DNA from: Myxococcota bacterium
Lineage (GTDB): Bacteria > Myxococcota_A > Polyangia > Polyangiales > Sandaracinaceae
Reading direction: 5' to 3'
Assembly (NCBI GenBank): GCA_036149055.1
Contig: JAYZQJ010000191.1
Location: forward strand, 10,643 to 74,642
DNA: 64,000 nucleotides
The notes under the pieces are model-generated. The model worked only from the letters and a program-made list of their open reading frames with translations. It did no database searches and was not told where the DNA came from. Below, piece after piece: positions 40,853-49,946 of the stretch; position 1 is the stretch's first letter, and each line of letters starts with the position of its first letter. The translations under genes were made by a program, and so were the position numbers.

Positions 40853-42583
40853 ATGACCGAAGAGTTCGACGAGGCGGCCGCGATCAAGGGGACGGGCGCC
40901 GGCAAGGCGATGCTGGGGGTGGGCCTGGTGGTCCTGCTGCTCGGGGGCGGCGGGGCCGCGGCCTGGTGGCTGACGAGCGAGCCGAACCGTGACCCGACGC
41001 GGGTCCTGGTGGTGCGCGACGGCGCGGTGCACGAGCACTTCGACGAGCCCTTCGCGCGGGCCTTCGGGCGGAAGCTCGAGGACCACGGCTTCGACGTCGT
41101 GGAGAGCGAGGCGCCGCTCACCGCGGAGGGCGACGCCGCGATCGCGGAGGCGCGGGCGCGGGCCACCGAGGTCGAGGCGGCCACGGCGGTGATCCTCCGC
41201 TTCGGCGTGGACGACGAGCGGGCCGGGGTGCTCGAGGGCCAGCGCCTCTACCGGCCGCACCTCGAGGCGGTGGTGGTCCCCTACGAGGGCGAGACGATCG
41301 CGCACTCGGGGGAGTTCGCGTACGAAGGCGTCAGCGCGCTCGAGGTCGCCAGCAACGTGCAGGCCACCTGGCTCGACACGGTCGCGCCCGACACCATCGA
41401 CGCCCTCTACCGGACCGCGCCGGTCCGCGAGATCCTCGACGGCCGCGACCTGGCGATGGACCGCATGCAGCACGTGGTCTCGCTGCGCGACAAGCAGGCG
41501 ATGGTCGAGCGGCGCCAGGAGCAGCTCGCCTCGTTCCGGCAGGAGTGCCAGCTGGCGCGGCAGCGCATGATCGACACCGCGAGCGGCGAAGACGGGGTCA
41601 CCTGCCTCGGCGACCCGTGCCGGCCCTGGAGCACGGTGGGCGTCAGCCCGGACGGGCAGACCGCCTACGTGCACGAGAGCTACCGCGAGCCGATCGTCGA
41701 GCACGTCGACAGCGGCCGGATGCGCTGGACCGAGCCGCCCGAGGGGGTCTACGCCCTGCCGCTCGCCGAGGGTGGGGAGCCGCGCCCGCTGCTCCGGGTC
41801 GGCCACTTCTACAGCCTCGCCACGATGCGCGCGGACGGCAGCGCGCTGTCGGCCGCCTTCTTCGCCGACGGGACGCCGGCCGTCGTCACGCTCGACCCGG
41901 CGACCGGCGAGTGGCCGGGGCGCTGGCTCCTCGAGGCCAACGAGCGCGTGCTCCGCAAGGAGCCCTCCGCTGACCGGCGCCACGCGCTGGTGTACCGGCG
42001 CCGCGAGGGCTGGGCGCTGCTCGGCGAAGGCGAGCCGGTGGTGATGCCGACCTTCGAGGACGCCAAGCTGGTCGACTTCCCCGACGGCGAGACGCGGGTG
42101 GTCGGCGTGCTCGAGTCGGGCGAGCTGATGGTGGTCGGGCTCGACGCGGCGCCGGGCGAGCAGCGCTTCCCGATCGAAGGGCGGGTGACGATGCTCGACC
42201 CGCACGAGGGCCGCATCGACATCATGACCCGGGTCGGTCGGCAGTGTTCGATCGTCCGCTTCGATCTGGCCGAGCGCACCCTGTCCGAGCCGACGCCGCT
42301 GCCGATCTGCATGGGCGACGTGACGAGCCTCGCCGACGGTCGCCTGGTCGGCGGCGCGCGTCACACCGTCCCGGGCGACGCCCCCGGCGACTGGGAGATC
42401 CTGGTGGTGAACCCCGAGGACCAGAGCGTCACCCAGCTCACGCGCAACGGCGAGACCGACGAGATCCCGCACGTGAGCGCCGACGGCTCGCGCGTGGTGT
42501 GGTCGCGCCGCATCGGCGACTGGCCGGAGGGCTGGGACATGCGGCTGTACCGCCGCGTGGTCTGCTACGCGGACATGCCCTAG
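40853..42583 (+). CDS. membrane-anchored protein with a TolB-like beta-propeller
   Basis: N-terminal TM; SPDG, QLTRN...PHVSADGSRVVW. Confidence 0.75.
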   Translation: MTEEFDEAAAIKGTGAGKAMLGVGLVVLLLGGGGAAAWWLTSEPNRDPTRVLVVRDGAVHEHFDEPFARAFGRKLEDHGFDVVESEAPLTAEGDAAIAEARARATEVEAATAVILRFGVDDERAGVLEGQRLYRPHLEAVVVPYEGETIAHSGEFAYEGVSALEVASNVQATWLDTVAPDTIDALYRTAPVREILDGRDLAMDRMQHVVSLRDKQAMVERRQEQLASFRQECQLARQRMIDTASGEDGVTCLGDPCRPWSTVGVSPDGQTAYVHESYREPIVEHVDSGRMRWTEPPEGVYALPLAEGGEPRPLLRVGHFYSLATMRADGSALSAAFFADGTPAVVTLDPATGEWPGRWLLEANERVLRKEPSADRRHALVYRRREGWALLGEGEPVVMPTFEDAKLVDFPDGETRVVGVLESGELMVVGLDAAPGEQRFPIEGRVTMLDPHEGRIDIMTRVGRQCSIVRFDLAERTLSEPTPLPICMGDVTSLADGRLVGGARHTVPGDAPGDWEILVVNPEDQSVTQLTRNGETDEIPHVSADGSRVVWSRRIGDWPEGWDMRLYRRVVCYADMP

Positions 42584-42589
42584 GGAGGC

Positions 42590-43219
42590 CTAGTTGAGGT
42601 GGATCGTCTCGCCGTTGACGACCACGTCGTCGCTGGCCTTGATCCGCGCCTGACCGCGCTTGGCCTCGAGCTCGATGGACTGGGCGCGGACCCGCATCTT
42701 GCCGGGGAGGTCGAGGTCGACGTCGTCGGTGAGGATGCGGATCACCGGCTTGCCCTCCTCCTCGAAGACCTCGATCAGATCCTCGCCGCCCGCGGTCTGC
42801 ACGCGGACCGCCTCGTCGCGCTTCAGCTCGAGCGCCGCCTTCGTCTCCCGCGGCGCCTCGGGCCGCGCGGCGAAGCCGTCGATCACGCCGGTGACGACGT
42901 ACTCGGGCCAGTTGGTCGCGCGGGTCATCAGCACGCGGTCGGATACGCGGACCGGGAGGCTCTGCAGGGTCGGGAGCCACTTCTCGAAGGTCTGGCCCTC
43001 GAGGTCCTGCCAGCGCACCCGCACGCGCCCGCGGAGAGAGGGGTGACGGTCGTCGACGACCTCGCCGACGAGGCTCTCGGTGGCGCCCGCCGGCTGGAGG
43101 ATGCGCTGCGGCGCGGGGGCGCTGGCGCTCTCGAGCATCTCGTCGAGCGCGCTCTTCTCCTCGGCCTCGGTCGACTCTTCTTCGGCCTGTCGGTTCTTCA
43201 TCGGCTGCTCCATCGTCAT
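42590..43219 (-). CDS. T6SS-associated protein with a gp5-like OB fold (DUF6484-like)
   Basis: HPSLRGRVRVRW, VVTGVI, short beta-repeat C-terminus GETIHLN. Confidence 0.7.
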   Translation of the reverse strand: MTMEQPMKNRQAEEESTEAEEKSALDEMLESASAPAPQRILQPAGATESLVGEVVDDRHPSLRGRVRVRWQDLEGQTFEKWLPTLQSLPVRVSDRVLMTRATNWPEYVVTGVIDGFAARPEAPRETKAALELKRDEAVRVQTAGGEDLIEVFEEEGKPVIRILTDDVDLDLPGKMRVRAQSIELEAKRGQARIKASDDVVVNGETIHLN

Positions 43220-43226
43220 GCGCGCG

Positions 43227-46200
43227 TCATCGCCGGGTCAGCCCGCAGGTTGCGGGCAGCGCGGTGAATCGAGTGGGGGAGGGCGGGAGGAGGCGCGACG
43301 GGCGCCAGCGCTCCCACGGCCCCCAGAAGAGGGCCTCGGGGTCGGGCAGCGTGATCTTCGCTGCCTCCGGATCGAAGCGCGCGCGGGGACCGGCGCCGCC
43401 GTCGCCCCGGTCGAGCGCGGTGACGAAGCGCTCGAGCAGCTCCGCCTCGAGCCGCTCGCTCGACAGCTCGCCGAGGAAGGCGTCGTAGCCGCGTCCCAGC
43501 CCGAGCGGGCTCGCCTCCGAGAACGGGTCGAGCACGTAGCCGTAGAGGTCGGTCCCCCCGGCGACGCCGAGCGGGCTCGCGCTCAGGTAGCTGCCGGTCT
43601 CGGGGTCGTAGACCCGGAGCCACGCGTGCTGGAGCCTGGTGTCGGGGTCCTCGAAGTGGCCGGGGAAGCGCCACGGGCAGCGCACCTGCTCCACGTCGAG
43701 CGACATGGTGCCGAACACGTCGAGCTCGCCCTTCCAGGCGACGTTGCCCTTCGCGTCGGTCAGCTCGGTGGGCACGCCGATCGGGTCGGTCAGCACGGCG
43801 TGGGCGGAGCCGGGGCCGAGGCGTCCGACGAGCTGGCCGGCCTCCCAGATCCAGCTCACCACCGCGCCGTCCTCGATCTCGTGCAGCAGCGTGAGCCCGT
43901 CCCAGACGTACTCGGTGGTGCTCACCGGCTCCCACACCGGCTCGTCGAGGCCCTCGATCTCGACCCGCGTCTCGCGGCGGCGCGCGACCCTCCGGCCCAG
44001 GCCGTCGTAGTCGTAGGTGACGCGCTCGTCGTCCGACAGCCACACGCTCGTGAGGCGGCCGGCCCCGTCCCAGCGGTAGCGGGTCTCGTCGCCGATCGCC
44101 GTCTTCTTGGAGACGCGCCGGCCCTCCGCGTCCCAGCCGTACTCGTTGCCGTAGCTCTCGGCGACGCGGAGGCCGTCGTAGCGCACGTCGTCCCGGCCCT
44201 CGGCGCGGAACACCCGGCCGACCTCGTCGAGCGCCCGCACCAGGGGGCCGACCTGCACGAGCCGTCCGCGCGCGTCGTGACGATGGGTGGCGCCGCCGCG
44301 GCGCACGAGCGTCGCCTCGCCGTGCCAGGCGAAGTCCATCGACGCGAGCGACCGCTCGCCGAACCTCACCTCGCGCCGGACCGCGCGGCCGAGCCCGTCG
44401 CGCTCCCAGCGGAGCGACAGCCCGCCCGGCAGCTGCCGCACGCGCTCACGCCCCCGCGCGTCCCGGTCGAAGCGGAGCTCGAGGGTCTGCTCCCCCTGGG
44501 TCGCGACCAGCTTCGTCGCCGCGCCGAGCGCGTCCCGCTCGATCCGGACCTGCAGCCCGAGGCTGGAGTCGTAGGCCACGCGATCACCGCGCGGGTCGTA
44601 GGTGGAGCGCACCTCATGCTGCTCGAAGCGCTCGCTCGTGGGCCGGCCCTCGCCGTCGTGCTCGAGCGTGAGCACCCGGTCGGCGTCCTGCGCCCGCGCG
44701 AGCTTCCCGCCCGGCGTCCACGCGAAGCGCTGGAAGCTCCCGTCGCCGTGCTGGAGCTCCACCGGCCGCCCGGCGCGATCGCGCTCCACCTCGGTGCGCG
44801 AGGCGCCCCGCATCGCGCGCCTCACGAGGCCGCGGTGGTCGCGGAGCGCGTGGCGCTTCTCCTCGGAGAAGCCGCTCTCCTCGGTCACCCGCCCGGCCGC
44901 GTCGCGCACCAGCTCCCAGAAGTCGAAGGCCTCGGACTCGACCATCTTCACGCGGCCCTCCGCGTCGTGGTGGAGCCGGGCCCCCTCGCCGCCCTGGGCC
45001 ACCTGGGTGAGCCGCCCGAGATCGTCGCGCTCGAGGCGCAGATCGCGCGCCCCGTCGTGCAGCCGCGTGACCCGGCCCTCGGTGTCGTTCTCGTAGGTGC
45101 GGCGCACCGACTCGGGCAGGTGGAGATCGGCGACCCGTCCATCCGGCGCGTAGCGGACCGTCGTGATCTGCCCGAGCTCGTCGGTGAGATCGGTGGGCCG
45201 CCCGAGCGCGTCCCGCGACGCGTGCCGCGCGCCCGCGGCCCCGATGATCGACGTCGCGGCGCCCGACGCGTCGCGCTCGATGGCGAGGCGCGTCTCTCCC
45301 GGCAGTAGCAGCGACCGGAGCGGTCCCTCGCCCTCGTAGTCGAAGACCACGCTCCCGCCGCAGCGATCCACCGCCGCGCCGAGCCGACCGAGGTGATCCC
45401 ACGAGCGCTTGCGCGCCTGCCCGTCGGCGTCGGTCTCCTTCGTCATCCTCCCGGCCGGGTCGTGCTCGAGCGCGATCGAGCCGGCGTCGGGCCCGCTCAC
45501 GTCGGCCAGGTGGTAGGCGGCGTCGTAGAGGAAGGTGGTCTCCCCGTCGACGGTGGTCTGCGAGGCGAGGAGCCCGGAGCTCTCGTCGAAGACCCGCGCG
45601 GTCTCGTTCGCGAAGCGGTCGAGCACCCGGTCGACCTGGTAGGCGGGCGTGGCGCGCGCCGAGAAGGAGCTGCCGTTCGCGTCGACGATGCCGATCACGC
45701 GATCGTCTTCGCTCCACAGGTACTCGCGCTGCTTCTCGTCCTCGCCCCACCGCTCGCCGACGCAGCGGGCGCGCGCCCCCTGCCCGTCGTAGGTGAAGCG
45801 CCGGACGAGCCCGTTCGGCAGCTGCTGCTCGGTGAGCAGGCGCGCCTGGTAGCGATAGCGCGTCGCGCGGCTCCGCCCGTCGACGGCCTCGCGGAGCTGG
45901 CCCGAGACGTCGATCTCGTAGCGCGCCGCGACCGTGTGATCGGCGCCGTCGCGGGTCGGCGCGAAGACGCGGGTGAGCCGGCCGCGCTCGTCGTGCTCGA
46001 AGCGGACGTGCCGGCCGCCGGGCAAGACGAGGCGGTCGAGCCGCCCGTGCGTGTCGTAGCGCACGTCGAGCGCGCTCCCGTCGGCGGCCCAGATGCGGGT
46101 CAGCTTCGCGCGCGCGGCGCCGACCGAGACGCTCTCCGCGATCGACGTGAAGCCGAAGCGCTGGCCGGCGGCCGTCCGCACCTCGTAGGCGTCCGACGCG

Positions 46201-47801
46201 ACCCGGAGCAGCGTCACGCCGACGTTCGGGTGGTGCACGCTCGCGCCGAGCCCGAGCTCGCCCCCCGGGAGCGGCACGCCGATCTCGCGGCCGTCCTCCA
46301 TGCGATGGAGGATCCAGCCGTCCTGCACCCACACCGCCTGCTCCAGGCAGTGCGACCAGCCGAGCCCCAGCGCGCCGGCTCGCCACGCCATCGACGAGGA
46401 GTAGAAGCGCCGGAACGCGAAGCCCGCCGGCCCCGCGAGCTCCCAGTCCGTCTCGGTGAGCAGCAGCCGCCCCGCGATCGGGTCGACGTCGCCCAGCCCC
46501 ACCGCGTCTTCGTGCGCGACCTGATCTCGCTCACGCCGGGGCCGATCCTCGGGGAGGAGCGCGCCCATGATCTCGACGTAGCCGGGCTCGCCCGGTCGCC
46601 GCCGCTGCGGCCGCACGTCGAGCTTCCCCTCCGCCTCGAGCTGCTTGATCTTCGGATAGATCGGCTCGGGCGTCTCGAACGGGATCGGGTGGCCGTCGAC
46701 CCAGAGGGTGATCGGGATCTCGCCGTGGATGCCCGGGAAGAACGCGCGCGGCATGTCCTCGCGGATCCCGGCCCACGTGATCTCCACCTTCTCCTCGTGC
46801 GGCGTGATCACGACGTGGAGGATCTTGGCCTCGACGAGCTGCCGGTCCCCCTCGACCTCGATCTCCATCTTCGGGAAGCGCGGGATCGTGAACGTCATCC
46901 GCTCGCGCTCGGGGTGCATGCCCACTACCTCGATCGGCGTGCCCTCCTTCAGGTCGGAGAACGTCATCCCGAGCGAGGCCTCCTGGTAGTAGACCGGCGG
47001 GATCGCCTTCCCGGTGGTGATGTCCCCCGCGAGCTCCCGCCAGCGCTCCGGCGCGAGCCCCCGGCGCACCTCCTCCAGCAGCTCGCCGTCCGGCACCGGG
47101 AACCACGGCTTCGCGCCCACGTAGTAGCCCCGCGGGAACATCGCCGGGTAATGCCAGTCGAGAAACCAGGGCAGCGGCTGCCGATACCAGAGCGCCGGAT
47201 CCTTCACGATCAGGTTCTCGGCCGTCAGCAGATGGTCCGGATCCTCGAGGTTCGGCAGCTCCACCCCGTCGATGGGCGAGTCGACGACGAGGTAGCCCTT
47301 ACCGGACTGATTGCGGGGATACATGCCTGGATGGTCAGCCTTGAGGCGCAACAACTCCCAGAAGCTCTGCGGAGACGGCACCGGTACCCGTTCATCCACG
47401 CCGCCGTATGAGTTTCTGTAGCTCAGCTCGATCTCGGAGAACTCGTCCGGCTGGCTCAGACGTGGCTGGCCGTCGGTCCACTCCACCCACCTGTCGCCGA
47501 AAACCGCCACCCTCTTCTTCGAGCGACCTATCCGAACCTCGACCTGATGCCGACGAACCAGTCGGCCAGCGGGGGCGAAGGCTTTACCCTGGACCACGAC
47601 ATCCGCGGTGGCCTTGAAGGGCCAGTAATCCGAGCCCGGCGGCCAACTCGAGGTGTCCTCGGCATTGCGAACGTCTCGCGCCAGCCGGGTGTCGAGTCTC
47701 CTACCGTCCGCGCTGACCGCTCTCTTGCAGGTCGCCCAACATCGCTGAGGCGCGCCCATGGCGGGCGACAGCCAGACCACTCCATCCGTCTCGGTGTTCA
47801 T
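43227..47801 (-). CDS. DUF2169 :: DUF6531 :: Rhs/YD-repeat protein with a degenerate cleavage motif
   Basis: ATG 47801 overlaps the upstream TGA; FKATADVVVQG, VFGDR, YGG, LPNLED (DUF2169); FRRFYSS, LGLGWSH; YD repeats; RFPGH...RVYDP. Confidence 0.88.
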   Translation of the reverse strand: MNTETDGVVWLSPAMGAPQRCWATCKRAVSADGRRLDTRLARDVRNAEDTSSWPPGSDYWPFKATADVVVQGKAFAPAGRLVRRHQVEVRIGRSKKRVAVFGDRWVEWTDGQPRLSQPDEFSEIELSYRNSYGGVDERVPVPSPQSFWELLRLKADHPGMYPRNQSGKGYLVVDSPIDGVELPNLEDPDHLLTAENLIVKDPALWYRQPLPWFLDWHYPAMFPRGYYVGAKPWFPVPDGELLEEVRRGLAPERWRELAGDITTGKAIPPVYYQEASLGMTFSDLKEGTPIEVVGMHPERERMTFTIPRFPKMEIEVEGDRQLVEAKILHVVITPHEEKVEITWAGIREDMPRAFFPGIHGEIPITLWVDGHPIPFETPEPIYPKIKQLEAEGKLDVRPQRRRPGEPGYVEIMGALLPEDRPRRERDQVAHEDAVGLGDVDPIAGRLLLTETDWELAGPAGFAFRRFYSSSMAWRAGALGLGWSHCLEQAVWVQDGWILHRMEDGREIGVPLPGGELGLGASVHHPNVGVTLLRVASDAYEVRTAAGQRFGFTSIAESVSVGAARAKLTRIWAADGSALDVRYDTHGRLDRLVLPGGRHVRFEHDERGRLTRVFAPTRDGADHTVAARYEIDVSGQLREAVDGRSRATRYRYQARLLTEQQLPNGLVRRFTYDGQGARARCVGERWGEDEKQREYLWSEDDRVIGIVDANGSSFSARATPAYQVDRVLDRFANETARVFDESSGLLASQTTVDGETTFLYDAAYHLADVSGPDAGSIALEHDPAGRMTKETDADGQARKRSWDHLGRLGAAVDRCGGSVVFDYEGEGPLRSLLLPGETRLAIERDASGAATSIIGAAGARHASRDALGRPTDLTDELGQITTVRYAPDGRVADLHLPESVRRTYENDTEGRVTRLHDGARDLRLERDDLGRLTQVAQGGEGARLHHDAEGRVKMVESEAFDFWELVRDAAGRVTEESGFSEEKRHALRDHRGLVRRAMRGASRTEVERDRAGRPVELQHGDGSFQRFAWTPGGKLARAQDADRVLTLEHDGEGRPTSERFEQHEVRSTYDPRGDRVAYDSSLGLQVRIERDALGAATKLVATQGEQTLELRFDRDARGRERVRQLPGGLSLRWERDGLGRAVRREVRFGERSLASMDFAWHGEATLVRRGGATHRHDARGRLVQVGPLVRALDEVGRVFRAEGRDDVRYDGLRVAESYGNEYGWDAEGRRVSKKTAIGDETRYRWDGAGRLTSVWLSDDERVTYDYDGLGRRVARRRETRVEIEGLDEPVWEPVSTTEYVWDGLTLLHEIEDGAVVSWIWEAGQLVGRLGPGSAHAVLTDPIGVPTELTDAKGNVAWKGELDVFGTMSLDVEQVRCPWRFPGHFEDPDTRLQHAWLRVYDPETGSYLSASPLGVAGGTDLYGYVLDPFSEASPLGLGRGYDAFLGELSSERLEAELLERFVTALDRGDGGAGPRARFDPEAAKITLPDPEALFWGPWERWRPSRLLPPSPTRFTALPATCGLTRR

Positions 47802-48853
47802 AGCAGCGGTAGGTCCTCCCACCCGGTACCTTCGGAGACGGGGTTCGACCATCCTCCCGCATCCCCCTGCAGGTCTGCCGGTCGCTCCCCGCCACGTGCG
47901 ACCCCGTCAGCGTGCGCCCCGTAAGAGCCCACCCCCGCGGAACCGTCCATGGTCCAGTGACCTGGTCTCCCGTCGCGACCGGGATGCCACGTTCCGCCAG
48001 CCTGCCCATGCACATTGCCAGCGTCGGGCCCGATTCGTCCTCCCGCAGAGCCTCGGACCTCGCGTGAGTCCCCGTCCCGGCTGATGCCGACGCCAACTTC
48101 CCCGAGATGGCCGCCGACAGGCTTGTACTCGAACCCGACGTCTCCTCGGTATCCTCCGAGATCCTGGAACGCGATTCCCACGAGCGCAGCGGCGAGCGCT
48201 CCGAAGTCGGGGATGGGCGACACATCGAGCAGCCCGTACGACCCAGGGTCGAAGTTCACGGCGTCCTTTCCGCCAGCAGCTGCTCTGAGGGCGGAGAGCA
48301 CCATCGTGACGAGCGTATCCACCCAGCCCATGACCAGGTCGGCTGTGTGCATCCCCACCATGAGGCTGTTGAGCCAGAACGCCGAACCCGTCCCGCTCGT
48401 GGGTGATGGGATATCTCCGCATACAAGCAGCGGCGTGGGCACGACCGCCCAGTCCACCATCGTCATGCAGGCCACGGCCGCACCGTTGGCTTTCACCTCT
48501 CCGGCCCTGAACTTGGCTTTTCGGGAGGAGCTGAGAAGGTGGATCGGCATCAACAGATCGACGGGAGGGTCGATGGAGAGATGGAAAATGAGAGGGCCGC
48601 AATCATGCTTCTCGAGCCCGAACCAGACATGGTTATGGTAGACGGTGCTAGTTAGCTTGTTTGCGCCGAGCAAGAATCCTGGCGGCCACAGTACTGGGAC
48701 CGGCGCTTCCACGGATAGCGACAGTGGCTTCGGCACGAAGAACGGTGGTGCGGCCGTCAAGAGAAGGTGGTTGTGAACCGAAGGCTGGGCACCGATGTAG
48801 TCGAGAAACGCGGTGAGGTCCCAAACGACCGAGACATGGTTGGGAAATCTCAT
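47798..48853 (-). CDS. divergent PAAR-like protein with a Gly-rich C-terminal extension
   Basis: Lies between DUF2169 genes; TVYHN...HDCG, VKANGAAVAC, VCGD resemble PAAR-type repeats and metal ligands. Confidence 0.55.
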   Translation of the reverse strand: MRFPNHVSVVWDLTAFLDYIGAQPSVHNHLLLTAAPPFFVPKPLSLSVEAPVPVLWPPGFLLGANKLTSTVYHNHVWFGLEKHDCGPLIFHLSIDPPVDLLMPIHLLSSSRKAKFRAGEVKANGAAVACMTMVDWAVVPTPLLVCGDIPSPTSGTGSAFWLNSLMVGMHTADLVMGWVDTLVTMVLSALRAAAGGKDAVNFDPGSYGLLDVSPIPDFGALAAALVGIAFQDLGGYRGDVGFEYKPVGGHLGEVGVGISRDGDSREVRGSAGGRIGPDAGNVHGQAGGTWHPGRDGRPGHWTMDGSAGVGSYGAHADGVARGGERPADLQGDAGGWSNPVSEGTGWEDLPLL

Positions 48854-48856
48854 GTG

Positions 48857-49942
48857 TCATCCCCCGTCCGTAAATCGCAGCCTCGTGCTGCGGGCCCACG
48901 ATTCGTCTTCCACGACGAAGCGAGCCCAGTGGCGATACGTGATCGTGAAGACCGATTCTTCTGGAAAGATGGTCAACAGTTGAGGTCGTAGCTGTCCGCT
49001 CCCGGTCCGTGGTCCTATTTCGTAGTCGAACTCCGGCGCCGCGGCGGGAATCTGGAACCGGAGTACGCCGGAGGGGGAGCAGCCTCGCAGAGTGCACTGC
49101 TGGCCCACCATGCTCGCGGGAAAACGGAGCGCTGGGTGCGCGAACCAGAGGCCCTCCCCGGAGGGCGCCGGTTCGCGAGGAAACGACCTCTCCGGCGGCT
49201 CGTCGTCGATCCGCACTCCGCGAGCCTCCGCCGCCCACTTCATTCGCAGCCCCAGTTGAAGGGGCATCGGCGCCCAACATTCAGGCTCCACCCCCGCGCG
49301 GGGATCGTATGTTGGGACGTCTGTCGACTCGACATTGGGCAGCGTTCTGTCGAGCACGACGCGGGGAAATCCGGCTGCACATCCCGTTCTCTCGGCCAGG
49401 CCACGTACGCTCTCGGTGGGGTCGAAGCCGCGCCCCTCCGCGTTGAGCTGGTACTCGACCGGCACGGAGGTCTTCGCATCCAGGTACACCTCGGCGCGAC
49501 CTCCGAATGCGCGAGACCAGGTCAGTTCCATGCGTGAGAACGAAGCGGGTGGTGATACGGCTAGATCTCCCTCCGGTCCCCGTTGCCATTGCCGGTCGCC
49601 GATGACTCGCAGGGTTCGAGACGCGTCTCCGACAGTCAGTGAGATGGTCATCTCCGTCGTCACGCCACCGTGGGGAGCGTGGGCACACCCAAGCAGGCAG
49701 ACTTCGAGCCCGTCGGCGCGAGGTGGGATGACGTCGCGTGGGATCAGGCCGAGCCGGGTGGGCTCCTCATCTCGCAGGATTGGGCGGGGGGCATCTGTTT
49801 CGAGGCGGACGCGGTCCCCCTCGAGGCGGAACGTCGCTTTCGCCACGAGGGCGAGAGAGCGTCGAGCATGTCCCTCAGATGTCAGGCCGTGGTCGGATAC
49901 GATGGCTTCGGCGGCGAGCTCGGTTGTGTTGACTAGCTGCAT
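48857..49942 (-). CDS. DUF2169 T6SS adaptor
   Basis: VAKATF, LRVIGDR, WSRAFGG, LPNVE. Confidence 0.85.
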   Translation of the reverse strand: MQLVNTTELAAEAIVSDHGLTSEGHARRSLALVAKATFRLEGDRVRLETDAPRPILRDEEPTRLGLIPRDVIPPRADGLEVCLLGCAHAPHGGVTTEMTISLTVGDASRTLRVIGDRQWQRGPEGDLAVSPPASFSRMELTWSRAFGGRAEVYLDAKTSVPVEYQLNAEGRGFDPTESVRGLAERTGCAAGFPRVVLDRTLPNVESTDVPTYDPRAGVEPECWAPMPLQLGLRMKWAAEARGVRIDDEPPERSFPREPAPSGEGLWFAHPALRFPASMVGQQCTLRGCSPSGVLRFQIPAAAPEFDYEIGPRTGSGQLRPQLLTIFPEESVFTITYRHWARFVVEDESWARSTRLRFTDGG

Positions 49943-49946
49943 GTCG

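Noticed and set aside
42590..43219. Gene after the Rhs as an immunity protein
   Set aside because: Looks like a gp5-like OB-fold/spike-associated protein with host-like GC, not an immunity family I recognise
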